From NCBI GenBank assembly GCA_030248215.1, contig JASANG010001519.1, positions 1-64,000 on the forward strand: DNA of 64,000 nucleotides, given 5' to 3'. Below the pieces are notes generated by a model. The model made no database searches. It was not told where the DNA came from and saw only the letters and a list, made by a program, of their open reading frames with translations. The stretch comes from Enoplolaimus lenunculus (taxonomy: Eukaryota). Made by a program: the position numbers and the translations under genes. Positions 12,901 to 26,162 of this stretch are shown here, one piece after another (the stretch's first letter is position 1; each line of letters starts with the position of its first letter).

Positions 12901-13429
12901 TCTCCACTAGGCTTATTTCACCGATACGATTGCAGAAAAGAAAATTAAAATGAATTTTCGGCGGCATGTATTTTTCATTTTCCGTTTTTGGTGAATTTTT
13001 CAAATTCCGGTTCGGGTAAATTATAATTCCGGCTGCACCCTGAACTTGATGTCTGTCGCACGTCTGCTTGTAGCGTCGGTGTATTTAATTTTATAATTGT
13101 GGATCATTCAAACTAAAAAATTCCTGGTCAAATCGACTGTGCTGTTCAGTGCCAGCATATATTATATATATCATATATGTAATGTTTTAATTGGTTTACA
13201 GGGTGCTCAGGATGAAACGCAATGGGCTATAGTGAGTACATCGGCTGTATCTCATCCACTGTCTCATGGAGCGATATTTCAGTTGCGCTGCTGCACACCA
13301 GGCCCCGATGCTGGCGTGTTTTTGTTAGTAACCGTTTCTCGGTTGCCATTTTTTGACCTCATGGAACAACCAGTTGATCCGAAACAGAATCAATTTGTGC
13401 TGCGTTTAAACTCGGAGACTAGCGTGTAA
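6917..13429 (+). CDS. vang: Vang-like / Strabismus planar cell polarity protein (6 coding exons, ~562 aa)
   Basis: Exons 6917-7075, 7820-8686, 9092-9220, 9375-9471, 11562-11770, 13202-13429, all GT-AG and phase-consistent. Contains the [13 protein letters not shown]er/Thr cluster, four hydrophobic segments, [53 protein letters not shown] and the C-terminal PDZ-binding motif ETSV. Confidence 0.96.
7310..7545 (+). repeat. Near-perfect 117-bp tandem duplication in vang intron 1
   Basis: AAAGTTTTGCGAAAACAC...GAAGAAATTGGTA occurs at 7311 and 7428. Confidence 0.9.
10342..10740. mobile_element. hAT-like MITE (CAGGGTGCAACCGGAATT family)
   Basis: TIRs CAGGGTGTAACCGGAATT / AATTCCGGTGGCACCCTG. A degenerate tandem copy lies just upstream (~9954-10325). 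Confidence 0.75.
10743..10924 (+). repeat. ~93-bp tandem duplication
   Basis: TATATAATATGACGTAGGCTAATATG...TATGTAATAGCTGTT occurs twice with a few mismatches. Confidence 0.8.
10930..11401 (+). mobile_element. Remnant of an RNase H-containing non-LTR retrotransposon 3' end
   Basis: Translates to [12 protein letters not shown] near 11160-11195, an RNase H first motif. Ends in a (TATC)n tail at ~11386-11401. Confidence 0.4.
12638..13042. mobile_element. hAT-like MITE
   Basis: Same family as 21477-21873. Degenerate TSD AACTTAGT/AACTTGAT. Confidence 0.75.
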
Positions 13430-13999
13430 TACTATATCCAATGAATGCTATCAAATCATTTCAAATGTACACTTACTGAAAATTAAATTTTTATTCTTGT
13501 TGTGCAGAACAAATTGTTTTAATGAAACGACTATGATTCCAGTATTCAAATACATACATATCAAACGTTATAGCAAACCTTTGGAGCTTTAGTTTAGTTT
13601 CAGTTTAATGTACCGTATTATTCTGCTAGTTTTGTATGAGATTTTTATCTGGTGATGCAAAATTTATGCAGCTGAAAATTTATGCAGCTGAAAATTTGGC
13701 AGCGTTTTATATTATCTTTTTTATGTAATTACTTTATTGATGTTCATTAATTCTATTGTGTTTGGGTTTGGAACCTGTGCTGTTGTTGAACGACATAATT
13801 GGGGTGAGTTAAAGCCTGATGCCTAGCTGGATTTTTTTCTTGCAGTGAAGTTGGCTGTTTTTGGTGAAAATGAAATAACTAAAAATGCATTTTGCGCAAT
13901 TTTTAGTGTGTGGGTTCTTTCTGCGTAAATACAAAATCGGTTCGTCACTTACGCATCGAGTCAGAGCTTTGAGTAAAATTACAAATTTTGTATTACCAC

Positions 14000-14526
14000 A
14001 AACCGAAGACTTTTTAAATTATTTTACTGATTATTATTGTTACAAGCAATCAAATTCTGTACTAAATGGTTTTCGGTTGAGAAAAGTTTGAACAAATTGT
14101 TTGCAAACCTTCAAAACCGATAATTGAGTAGTTAGCTAATAGCTAATTTGCATATTAGCTTGATTAATAAGCCTAAATTAGGACTTTAAATTATTTCACG
14201 GATTATTAGGGTCACTGAAGGGTGTTTTAGGTGCCCGCAATCGGAATAAATTGTCTAGAAACCTTCAACGCCGATAATTAGTTAGCTAATAGCTATTTTT
14301 GCATATTAGCTTGATTAGTTACGCTAAAATTAGGACTTTATATCATTTCACTGATTATTAGTGTTACAAGCAATTAGATTCAGTACTAAAGGGTTTTGGG
14401 TGTGAGAAATATGAACAAATTGTTTATATACCTTCCAAGATCGATAATTGAATAGTTAGCTAATAGTAATTTTGCATATTAGCTTAATTAGTTATGCATA
14501 AATTAAGACTTTTTAAATTATTTCAC
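14000..14526 (+). repeat. Diverged tandem repeat, ~3 units of ~150-175 bp, downstream of vang
   Basis: GTTAGCTAATAG...GCATATTAGCTT recurs at ~14131, 14281 and 14455. Confidence 0.75.
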
Positions 14527-17140
14527 TAGTATGTCGAGCTTCGCCCAATGCATGTAGTTGTACTACGACTGGTAAGAGATTTGGCGACCGCAAAATTTGT
14601 CCAACTGATTTTTATAAAGAGACAATGAGCATATTCTGGCGTTTCATTTGAATATTTTACATACTTGTTGTATTTGCGTGGGATTAATTTTTTCAGTATT
14701 GTTTTTGTTTTGCCTGTATATGAAATCTCCTTAAAATGCACAATGTTATACACTACCTTGGAGAATCTTTTAGCCTTTGCTAATCTGTCTTGTTTTTATT
14801 GTTAGTTTTTTTTGGTTATATCCTGTTTTGTATTTCGTGCTAATTTTGTGTACTATATATATTTGTCACCAAATGTGCTCTCTTGATGTACTTTGTATAT
14901 GTTACTTTGTTGCATATTCGTTCTGTGTGTAAAATATTTGTGTGCAAGAGGACCAACTCGTTTGACCACAAGTCTTCAACGCGTAATTCTTTTGCCTATA
15001 TAAACAAGTCACTTATTGCCTAGGCAAAAATTGAGTTGCAGATATTCTTTGATTTGACGCGTTGATTGGTTTTTTAGGATTTTTATGCAAATTTTAACGT
15101 TTGTCTTGACCAAATACTATCCTTGAACACGGAAACAGAGAATAGGTGTTGTTCAGCGTGGCGTTCTTAGAGTCGTTGACAATAGCTATATTCTATGCAA
15201 AAAATGATGAAAATATTGAATATAGTGTAAACATTGAATCCTGCGTTCACTTCAAATCAAGTTAATCAAAGTTGACTAGTACGTTTTTACATTTTCGTCG
15301 TTTTCTTCTTGTTGCTGTATTATGTTGAAGTGTACTTTTTTTCAAACTCATAGTTAAACCATTGTTTTAAAAACATTTGTTGATTATTGCATGACAAATT
15401 GATCGGAAATTATTCGTAGTCTGCCAGTGCCACGTATCCAATATAGATGCGTAGTGTTTGCTTTCCTGATTCGTGTAAACGCTTAGTTTATCGGTTTTTT
15501 GTTAACTGTAAAATTCTCGCTAAACCAAAGTTTGTCTGATACATGGATAGCTAAAAACTAAAATTTTTGCGCTTATTCTTTATGTCGTAAATGAGATGTA
15601 CATAACATTATCCGAAGAACTCTGTCGCAAGAATGATTTTTTAGCATGTTGCGTTTGTTTTACAATGTGTATATACCACTTAAAGTGTACAAACAGGTTG
15701 GAAGTGGTTTCTAATTTACATCAGTTTATCAATTTTGTTTATTTTTGAGTCGAGAACTTGAGTAAATTGCCAAATTCTTTGTTTGATGTGTTGCTTAATA
15801 GACATCATTGAGCCAATTAAAGATCGCTGCGTTAGTCAAGCCACTAGGCGCTATAGGTTCAACTGGCTACCTAAAAATACCGGAGCCAGATATCTCAATA
15901 CATATTCCAACGAAAAGTTTGACGTAATCACTGGCTGAAGCTGAATTATTAGTAAAATTTTCCTTTAAGTGATATGCGAAATGTTACTTGGCTACTTTGA
16001 AGTTGGTTTGAACAGCTGTTTTTAGCTCGATTGACAGCGTCGTTCACTAAGTCTATCACGTCTGCTTTGCAGCGAGTGAATACAATTTTTTCTAGAAGTA
16101 CATTGTTGAAGAAAAACTATAGAACCAATTTGAAGGACGTAAAGTTGTTCACACCCAGTTGCATTTTAACAGCGAAGCGGCTCTAGGATACGGTTTAAAT
16201 CTGTTTAATTTTGTCTAAGCTCAACACGGTGGGATGCAACGCGGAACTGGATTTTATCGGATTCAAAACACCTAATTTATACTGTAAACGGAACAATTCA
16301 AGTTGTGTGACTACGGATAATTTGCGTGACCAATGTAAAGAACAGGGCGGAACAGTGTCATAAGCCTAAGCGTAAGAATGAGCATGTTGCTACACCAGGC
16401 AAAAAATTAGTCTAAACCTAAGTTTACTCTGTTCTACATATACGTTGTTTGTAAGTAACTGGTTTTGAGCGTAAAAGACTAACCGAATTTCAGGTTTTCC
16501 TATAGCGGAAACGGACATCGATTATTATCGGAAAAATGATATCCGGTTACGCAATGTCCATGAACAAATTGCTGATAATTTTTGCCTCTGCAGACCTAAA
16601 CTATAATCAATGCCAGAACATTTTTGACCATAATTCGAAAACTGGCTGTCAAATAAAAGTAAACTTAGAACCATACAGCTCCGCTGTTCAAACTGAGTAG
16701 AAAGTTACCTACCTCCACGCACTTCTGAGCTTTTTTCATAAAAGCCTATGAAACTAACGGAAGCCCTCATTAAGTCGTATATATTCGTATATCCGAAACC
16801 GTTCTTGCTTATACCATGCTTTTCCACGCACAACTTCTATGAGATTAAAATTTGCCCCCTAAAAATTTCACCGTCATTGGTAAGTTGCTTGAAACGATTG
16901 GACGACCCTCCTGAACAATTTTAACCCCTTCGTTCGTAGAATACTGAGCTGCCTACAAGCGTGCTTGCTTCTGAACGAACTTTATTTTTTACTACTCGTA
17001 TTATTGAGGTGTAGATATTAGTGGTGTCCGATGATACCAAAATTTCTGCCGCTACCGATGCTGATTCTTACTTTCAAATTTTGCCTATGCTGAACCGATA
17101 CCGTTACCGGTTTCAATTATAATACATTATTGCATATCTT

Positions 17141-20100
17141 ATGACCGAGTTGAATACTTTGGACGATCAGCCCTCAAGTAGTCATGATAACAACAACGGA
17201 GGACAATGTACCGTTACCTTCAAGGACTTGGTGAGTATGTGCTCTGCGATAAACACTGATAATTTTTTGTGCAAATTATCACTCAAATTGAAATATGTTC
17301 GCTCTTTTCAAACATTGGATGGTTTTCCATCTTTGATTTGTTATTCGGATATTTGTTTATTCAAAGTTAAGCTGTTTTTAAGCTTTGTTTGTGAAGAAGT
17401 CTTGTATGGCTGGCTACATATGTATATATTGGCGTTAGTACGTGATATTCCGTTACAATGAAGATTAACAGACATTAATGAGATTTTATTGGTTTCAATT
17501 TTAGTTTTTCAACAGGACCCGCGAAGGTTAATTGGATATATTATACATCAAACTATAACGTTTGTATACTGCTATTGTTCAAAACGTTCAAAATAGCGAA
17601 ATTTTATATTCGTAATTACTACTATGGTTTTACAGGGTGTGATTGATCAGCTGTGCGAAGCGTGTGCTGAAGAAAATTGGATACGCCCGACAAAAATTCA
17701 AATTGAAGCAATTCCTGTTGCACTAAAAGGTATTGTTGCGTTTATTCTGGATCATGTGCCGCACATTCCGTTGCCACCAACAAACTTTGATTCGACATTT
17801 TGGCACTCTCAGCACTAGAAAAACTATCGGATGAGACTTTAATTAACCCGTAGAAATTACATTTCCAAACGGCAGACAGTCATGTCTTTTAGTTATTTCC
17901 AACTTGTTCGTTCGGTGGTTGGTTTAGGTGCCTTTACATCAGCAAATAAATGGTTGCCCGTTTGTATCTTTGACTACGCCGTATCATGATTATTGACACA
18001 ATTCAACTTGCTGTATATATTTTTACGACTTGGGTTACAATATACATAATATTATTTTGAAAAATGCTGACTAAATTTTAGTAATATTATTTCGCAATAA
18101 ACTGAAATAAAGTTGTGATTGAACTAAATTAGTGTCAGCGTTACGCAGCCTAATGAATATGGTCCAGTGGTAATTCATGTTTTCAGGTAACGATGTCGTG
18201 GGACTTGCAGAAACTGGTTCAGGCAAAACGGGTGCATTTGCCTTGCCAATACTACAAGCGTTGCTTGAACGACCACAAACGAATTTTGCGCTTGTTTTAA
18301 CACCAACTCGCGAACTTTGCATACAGGTTGCTGACCAGTTTCAAGCACTTGGATCAAAAGTTGGTGCAAATGTAGTTAAAATATTCGGCGGCGTGGATAT
18401 GATCACTCAGGCGGCCAGTTTAATGAAGAAGCCGCATATCATTGTTGGTAAGAACTTTTACCTGGTTGGAAGTGGTGTTAGTCTTTAGGAACTTAATATG
18501 ATGTCTAATTGGTTATAGAATTTACTGAACTATTCCTGTTTAACACCTCAAGTTTTTTTCGACCCGTAGAGTTTTGCATTGTCGTCGGCAGTTAGTTTCA
18601 CAAATATATTTTGTTTGCTGTTTCAGCCACACCAGGTCGCCTTGTGGACCATCTCGAAAACACTAAAGGATTTCATTTACGAACACTAAAGTATTTGGTA
18701 TGCATGCATTGTTTGAGAATTATAAGATATTTGTGGGTTTGGCAGTTTGATTATGTGTGAGTACGTACGATGTTTTGCGTTTATGAATGATGACCGACGA
18801 TATTGCCACGTCATTAGTTGTGTTTATTGGAAGTGAATTTTCTACTAAACCTGCATACTAGTGCCGGCTTGCTGTTATGGGTAAGTGTGTTATATGCAAG
18901 GATGTATGAAGTCATTTTGAATTCAGGTAATGGATGAAGCGGATAGAATATTAAATTTGGATTTTGACGTGGAGGTGGACAAAATTCTGCAATGTATTCC
19001 GCGCTCAGGACGCAGAACAATGCTATTTTCTGCGACAATGACGAAAAAAGTTGCTAAGTTACAGCGTGCATCGCTTACGAATCCTGTGAAAGTGGAAGTT
19101 TCGTCAAAATATCACACAGTTGACAAACTGCAGCAATATTACTTGTTTCTTCCTGCGAAACATAAGGTACAGTGTACCTGAAATATGCGTTATTTGGAAT
19201 ATGGTTGGTAGTAATCAATGTTGTAATCGTTCTTTTGGTATAAATTTTTAAGTTTTTAATAATGGTTACCCGTGACAAAATTCATGCAGTGGCAATATGT
19301 TAACTACGTTGAGCATTATCTAATGTATGTAATTTTATGACGTGCACCTTGGTTTACTAATTTCTGTGAGTTTGGGTATTTCGGCAGAACATTAAGTCCA
19401 GGTTGGACTCCGGGTTTTCACTTTAAGAAATTCTGGTTTGTTGTCTGCAAAAATGCGCGTTCGGGTGTTTCCTGAAAAAATCTGGGACCATGCATTTAAT
19501 TTTAAACGTTGCAACTCGAGCAATTTGTGCACTGGTCAACACTACGAAATGTCGTTTTTATTTCACTAGGCTACAGTGCCAAAATCCTGCCATTTTGCAC
19601 GCATTATATAGGGCATGCTAGCTTTTTTGTATAAACATGAGACGAATAGACGTTTTATATTTGGGACGCTTACCTTGAGGCAGTATTATACAAGTTGGCA
19701 GAAAATACTTATCGTTGCGCCATAATCCTGTTGTTTTGCACTCATTATAGAACATACTAGCTTTTTGTATAAACATGAGACTAAACAGAGTATTTCTGTA
19801 GACGTTTTATATTTAGGACGCTTACCTTGTGGCAGTATTGAACAAGTTGGCAGGAAATAGTTTTATGGTTTTCTGCGGCACGTGCGCTGGCACATTGAAA
19901 GTAGCACTGATGCTTCGGAATCTTGGCTTTTCGGCCGTCGCGCTTCATGGACAAATGAATCAAGTAGGCTCGCGTTAGTTTATTTATAACAAATTCTGTA
20001 GAAAAGCTAAACGTCAGTATGTTTGTGTTTACATAAGATACTGGCATAGTTACCTTTAATTTAGCTAAATGGAGAAAAGCTTAACGTCAGTTATAAATAG

Positions 20101-21064
20101 TTTGTTTACCAGGTTTGTATTAACGTAAAATACTGAGTTAGCTGGAATTTTGCTAAATTGTTTTTCCTGGTTTATTTTTCTACATAATGCATCGAACCTG
20201 TAGATTACTGTTTGTTGTTATGTTGGTAATTGGCGTTACACTACGTAACATGGTTAATAATTTTTTGAATCGTGTATATATAGTTTGGTTTATAAGAGTT
20301 TTGCTGATGGTACTGAATATTGTTTTCAGACAAAGCGCATCAATTCTCTCAACAAATTTCGCGCGAAGAATAGGTCAATATTGATTGCTACAGACGTAGC
20401 TAGTCGGTAAATAATTTTCTTCCAAATTTAACATGTGCACAAGTGTTCGTCTTTTGTTTAAAATGATTACGATAATAATATGAGAGTGATGGAAAGCAAC
20501 CAAATAGGGACTAGTATTTGATAGATGATTTTTCAGCGGAATCGAAGGCAGACCTGTAGTTGTGTTCACTATACCATGATACAAGTTTTTTCATCAATAT
20601 TTTATTTGTTTTTACTGCATTTTTCCTTCAGTGGTCTGGATATACCACACGTCGATGTCGTTGTCAATTATGATATTCCGACACACTCCAAAGACTACAT
20701 CCATCGGGTTGGACGAACCGCTCGCGCCGGCAAATCAGGGATTTCGTTGACGTTAGTCACTCAGTACGATGTGGAAATGTATCAGCGTATTGAATATTTA
20801 ATTGGAAAACAATTACCCAAATATGACTTAGATCAATCGGAACCAATGCAGCTTTTGGAACGAGTGTCTGAAGCGCAACGCATTGTCAGAGCCGAAATCA
20901 AGGAAGCCGAACGAGAAAATAAAAAAGGACGCGGAAAAGGTGTCAGAAAGAGAAGTCTTAATGAAATTGTAGCAGGTGGAGACGACGAAGACGACGAAAC
21001 AAGAGGGTATCAAAACAGGACGAAAAAGAAAATGAAAAATAATGCTGTTAGAGTTAAAAGATAA
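17141..21064 (+). CDS. DDX47: DEAD-box RNA helicase DDX47/RRP3 (8 exons)
   Basis: Exons 17141-17230, 17636-17729, 18187-18447, 18627-18697, 18927-19166, 19817-19963, 20330-20406, 20632-21064. Motifs: Q-motif [78 protein letters not shown], and a basic C-tail. Confidence 0.95.
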
Positions 21065-21476
21065 ATCATTCGTACATGCATATGGGTCCGTGTATATTTT
21101 AAAAAATGGACGTCTCATGGTTGACTGCTTTGTGCTGTAGCTGGATATAGTTTGTAATAGGTGGAAGGGTAACAATAAAGGTTCGGATTCGGCTGTGAAA
21201 CACCCGAATCCAACAATGTTCGGCAATATGATTTTTCAGTTTTAAACAACAAATATTTTATGACTTGTTATATTAGTGAAAAAAATTTGTTTCAGGTCAA
21301 AAATCTCGAAACTGAGGTCGGGCAGGAAATATATTAGAAATATATTGTTTTATAGTTATGCGGCTGGCATTGCGTTGATATTCTGTAACAAATTATAGAT
21401 ATAACTGAAATTTGCAACTTGTAAGGTTCGCATTCGATCAAATTGTGGATTCGGTGTCATCCTGGTAGGTGGTCGC

Positions 21477-21873
21477 CAGGGTGCAACCGGAATTACAATT
21501 TACCGGAACCGGAACCGCAATTTGAAAATTTTACCGGAACCGGAAACGGAACCGGAAAGTGAAAAATGCATTTCACCAAAAATTTCATTTTAATCTTATT
21601 TTTTGCTCTATTATTTGTGAAATAACCTTAGTCGAACATAGGTATTTATTTTATTTGTTGTATTTTAGATTTTCATCATCGACTGAAGTGAAATCCACCA
21701 TCAATGGCTTATATTCGAAGTACAGGTGGCTTTCAAAAGAGATTCTTAAAAATTAGCAAAGTTAAGAAAACGGCCAAATTTTAACACCGGAATTTTTAAA
21801 TCCGGTAAAAATTTACCGGAACCGGAACCGGAAGGTGAAGAAATGCCGGAACCGGAATTCCGGTTGCACCCTG
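21477..21873. mobile_element. hAT-like MITE, intact
   Basis: TIR CAGGGTGCAACCGGAATT at both ends and a perfect 8-bp TSD GTGGTCGC (21469-21476, 21874-21881). Confidence 0.9.
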
Positions 21874-22648
21874 GTGGTCGCCGGTTGGAAGTGTAGGTAG
21901 GTACGACCGGTATAACTTTTTGAAGGATTTTCAGTATCCATTTGTGTAGTTTCTTATTTAAACACAATTGTTTCAGTGTTTTGAAATGATGAAAATGCCA
22001 TCGAAATAGATTTTTACCAGATTATTTGCGATTTTTGTATAGGTACCGGTTGCACCTTAAGCTGTATCTAAAAGAAGAATGTTTTTTAAGGTTTTTGGAA
22101 CAATAACCCGACAGAATGATAGCATGCTGGGTTTTCGAATGTCTTTTTCTCAGCGTACCTGATTTGTAGTTTGTTTTGAAACTAGGTTTCTTGTGTGCTT
22201 TTTAACATATTTGCTCTGAATAATATCCTTGCAAGCAGAGTAGAATAATGGGTAATTTTCAAGGACCTTTGTTATGTTATGATAATATGTTGTTGCCTTC
22301 TTTGGTTTATATAATTGCTTTCGTTGATGTAAATGTGGTTTATCCTTTTAATAAAACCCGGGGTGTTCGGCAAACGAGCGCTTCGGACTTAAACTAAACT
22401 ACAAATTCTTTTATATTCCAAAACGGTCGTCGTTTTTGTTAGAGGCTGACTTTGTTCTGCGTTTACATTTTTTACATATTGTTATTTTGGGTGATGTTAC
22501 TTTTTGGGGCCGCGAAAGTAGCTCGCTCAGCATAGACTTCAGCGTGACAGGATAACTGTAAAACTATATATGCCATGTTAGAAAGCTGATACCCGACCGC
22601 GAGAAAATTGGACCTCTAAAGTAATATTAGCTGTTATTTTGTTGACTA

Positions 22649-23054
22649 CTGTATTGACCCGAATAAGAGGGGGGACTGATATTTATTTGGCCTCTCCAGA
22701 GGGTACCCCCCTTGTTATTCGGTTACGGACTGTTATTTATTTTTAACCCGCCCTCCGCCGTCCTTTGTTAATGTATATATTCGGTACTGCAACTGTCCGT
22801 TTGAATTAAACGTTTAGGGCGATAATGCAATGATATACTTAGGAATGTACTTTCAAAATTTAAGTATATACGCTTTAAAGTTTCGAGCTCAAATTATTTG
22901 GGCCTGAAGTCCTTTATGCGCTACAATTAGGGATAATGGATATTTATGGACTCTAATTAGGGTTTAGGGACTCTATCCGCTTTACGGACTCTTAGGACTC
23001 CTATTGATTGGTAGTCAAAATTGGGACCCTCCCCTCTTATTCGGGTCAATACAG
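22649..23054. mobile_element. Tc1/mariner-like MITE, intact
   Basis: Perfect TIR CTGTATTGACCCGAATAAGAGGGG flanked by TA on both sides. Confidence 0.85.
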
Positions 23055-23689
23055 TAGTGTATTTCTATTTTCTAAATTAAAGTTTACAGGTGTCTTATTG
23101 CTTGAGGTGTAGATTAAATTTTTGCGTTTTATCCAAAATAACTCGTATTTTGCTGGTTGGATTTCGTGACTTTGTGTTCAACGTGGAAAAAATACTGTTC
23201 CGGAAATAATCGAATTTAAAAGCAAAATATGTTGGCGAAAGCTAGTCGATAATATCTATCAATTATGTCAACATTCAGACCCGGCTAGATGTTTCGGCCC
23301 ATGCATGTAAAGATCAGGGGTGGACCTGAAGTCAATGAAACTTGCCGGAACCGGAGGTGAAGCGAAATAAGTAAAAATAATGGTTAATTAATTTTAGCTA
23401 ATATACCTACAATAGGTTGTTATTGTTTGGTTTTAATACGCTATTTTCTTGCGAAATTTCATAAATTGTTTCCTGAAAATTGTGAAAAAAGTAAAATGAA
23501 ACGCACCAAGCCGATAAAGTTCGCCATATATATGCAAAATTTTACTACCGAAATTGGTAGAACTTCCGGCAAAAGTTCTATCGGAGCCGGAGGCCGGTTT
23601 TTTGTCGGAGCCCTTTTATCAGGCATAGTTTACTTTAACAATACAGCCATACATCAGTCGAAACCTCGCCTTATGGTCTCGGTTCCAAG

Positions 23690-23789
23690 CAGGGTACAAC
23701 CGGAGGCTTGTCTCCGGCTCTTCACTTCCGGCTCCGGCAAGTTTCGTTGACCTCCGGCTCCGGTATTTTACACCTCCGGTTGCACTGTG
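23690..23789. mobile_element. 100-bp hAT-like mini-MITE
   Basis: CAGGGTACAACCGG...CCGGTTGCACTGTG with an 8-bp TSD GTTCCAAG (23682-23689, 23790-23797). Confidence 0.75.
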
Positions 23790-24147
23790 GTTCCAAGATA
23801 CCGAGGCTTAAAAATATGAAACCAAGACTTGCCAAATACCGAGAACTATCGAGATCGAGGTTCCCTTTCCTCATCCTAAGTCAGCTCAGTTTGATGCACC
23901 TAGGCAAATATGTAGACGCTTAAAATTACATGCACGAAACAAATATTGTAAGTAAACGCAACGCTACAAAACAGAGAATAGTGTAACAGGGTCGTTGATA
24001 TTAACCGCTTCTCACATTGAGTTGCCTGTAGGCAACTTAGCGCAGTATATATACGTTAAATATATCGCACCGTGTTTAACAATTGCAACACGTATACACA
24101 GTACTAAATCACCACAAGACGTGAGAGCTCCCTCGGGCTCGAGCGTC

Positions 24148-24222
24148 AAGCTCCTATAGCTGAGTGGTGATGGTATTCGCCTTCCACTCCAGTCGCTGGA
24201 GTTCGAATCCTAGCATAAAAGT
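24148..24222 (+). pseudogene. tRNA-derived sequence (SINE head or tRNA pseudogene)
   Basis: A-box TAGCTGAGTGG and B-box GTTCGAATCC at tRNA spacing. Stems are poorly paired. Confidence 0.45.
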
Positions 24223-24419
24223 AGGTCTCAGGGGAAATAGAATCATGTGAGAAAGGGTTAAGCGAAAAATTTTCAATTTACTATCTATAAGGTTTTAAAA
24301 AATTCACCGGCGTGAGATGTTAATATTTGCTACGTAAGATCATTGGATACTTAAGGCCACGGAAGAAAGAATTGTTAGCTGCGTTCTAATATTTCAATGA
24401 CATCTGAATCAGACTAGTT

Positions 24420-26162
24420 TTAGATATTAATTATTGCAAAGAGCCCACAGTCATCAAACCCCTGTTCTTGTACTACTGGTGTAATTGACAGGCGAATAAT
24501 TCCCTCATTTTGTAGGTGGGCGTACACACGAGACAACACCCGCTGAAGATCGTCGTCTAGGTTAAATGGCAGCGGATCGTATACTTTAATAACACCATCT
24601 CCTGCAGCCGTGGTCAGCCAGTGGTTACTGCGAACGTGGTGAATTTGAATAAATTTTCCTTCTGTGGAGTCACCTTCGTACCAAATTTGAAGTGTTAATG
24701 TGTCATTTAGTCCGCGAATATCTTGATATTGCTGTCCAACCAAAATTTGCGCGGCGTTGATGTGTCTGTCGTTAAGCCACCGCGAATTTAATAGATCAAA
24801 TTTGTCACCATGAGTGAGATGAATGCATCCAATAACTTTCCAGTCAACAGGATTGCTATCAACGTCGGTTTTTGATCGTTTTTTGGCTGTTTGCTTTATG
24901 GTAGTTGAATCTCTTTTTATATACCTTTTTAGTAGACTAGATGAATAAATCGTAGCGAGGGTTTTACCCGTGGCTATGTTTTTTAGTTGAACTCTGTTCT
25001 TCGGTAGCACTTTCACAACATTAAATGGGCCACTCCATGCGTGTTCCTGTTTCGAACCTTTTCGACCCAGTTTTCTGGCATTAAACAACAAAACATCGTC
25101 GCCTTCACAAATAGCTTTAGTTGTTTTTCGGCGACGGTCATGAACAATTTTCATTTTTTCCTGAGCTTTAGATATATTTTCTGTTGCTTTATTCTCAAGC
25201 AACAAGCGAGAAACAGCCATGGTGTTGAGCACAGTTTCAGCGTTGTCAATTTGACTGCAATCTGTCACATCAGTATTGGTGTCAAAGTACGCAGTTCTTC
25301 CGTACATTAGTTCGAATGGTTTCACTCTTGTCCCTGACTGAGGAGCACAACGGTAACTAAACAGAGCTTCTTTGAGATACATATCCCAATTTCGAATGTC
25401 GTCATTCGCCACCATTTTCAAAAGAGTTTTCTGCAGTGTTTGATTATAGCGTTCCACCAACCCCTGGGAGCGCGGATGATAACTTGAAGATACCCGACGT
25501 TCAATTTTGTTAATGCTGAATAGCTCATCTAACACTTTATTGACAAATTCCCTGCCCTGATCTGAAGACACAACCGCGGGAAAGCCCTTGTCAAGGAAAA
25601 TGTCATAAAGTGCAGTAGCGACACTAACTGCAGATTTATTGGGTAGTGCAATGGCTTCAGGCCACTTTGACAAAAGGTCAGCAATCACTAAAATAAATTT
25701 ATTCCCTTTGAATGACTCAGTCATGGATACTAAATCAATTTCAATGTGGTACCACACTGTTTTAACTGGGAGCGGGTGTAACGGAACGTCTGCTTTTTCG
25801 AAACCACGTAAGTCAACTTTTTGACAAATTTCGCAAGATGCAATATAGTTCTCTACATCACACCTTATGTTATCCCAGAAGTAAGTTTCCTGAATTACAT
25901 CGATGGTTCGAGATCGTCCAAAATGACCACGTTCGTCATGGAAGTTATAGATTAGTGCTTGTCGTTCAGAAGGAGGGACCGAAATTTTTAGTTCATCCTT
26001 CAACCGTATCATCAGCTTATCACCTTTATATTCATACCGATTGCATCGAGACCTCAACTTCTTTTTCAGGTTCTTGGCAACACTTGGTCCTAATTGTGAC
26101 CATGATTCGGGATATTTCTTATTCTTAACATAATCCAATATTTCATTATATTCTAAATCCAT
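24420..26162 (-). CDS. Ginger1-type transposase: Gypsy-like integrase with C-terminal Ulp1/C48-like protease domain (580 aa)
   Basis: N-terminal Y..YP..Y.Y region, HHCC (HDERGH...CEIC), DDE core (EIDLV, SSDQGREF, GLVERYN) and GPF motif (WSGPF), followed by WLNDRHINAAQ...NHW...VYD...Q...DCGLFAI. No RT or RNase H. Confidence 0.88.
   Translation of the reverse strand: MDLEYNEILDYVKNKKYPESWSQLGPSVAKNLKKKLRSRCNRYEYKGDKLMIRLKDELKISVPPSERQALIYNFHDERGHFGRSRTIDVIQETYFWDNIRCDVENYIASCEICQKVDLRGFEKADVPLHPLPVKTVWYHIEIDLVSMTESFKGNKFILVIADLLSKWPEAIALPNKSAVSVATALYDIFLDKGFPAVVSSDQGREFVNKVLDELFSINKIERRVSSSYHPRSQGLVERYNQTLQKTLLKMVANDDIRNWDMYLKEALFSYRCAPQSGTRVKPFELMYGRTAYFDTNTDVTDCSQIDNAETVLNTMAVSRLLLENKATENISKAQEKMKIVHDRRRKTTKAICEGDDVLLFNARKLGRKGSKQEHAWSGPFNVVKVLPKNRVQLKNIATGKTLATIYSSSLLKRYIKRDSTTIKQTAKKRSKTDVDSNPVDWKVIGCIHLTHGDKFDLLNSRWLNDRHINAAQILVGQQYQDIRGLNDTLTLQIWYEGDSTEGKFIQIHHVRSNHWLTTAAGDGVIKVYDPLPFNLDDDLQRVLSRVYAHLQNEGIIRLSITPVVQEQGFDDCGLFAIINI

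Noticed and set aside
24420..26162. Gypsy LTR retrotransposon
   Set aside because: No gag, RT, RNase H or LTRs. The TGT/CCGG terminus and Ulp1 fusion fit Ginger.
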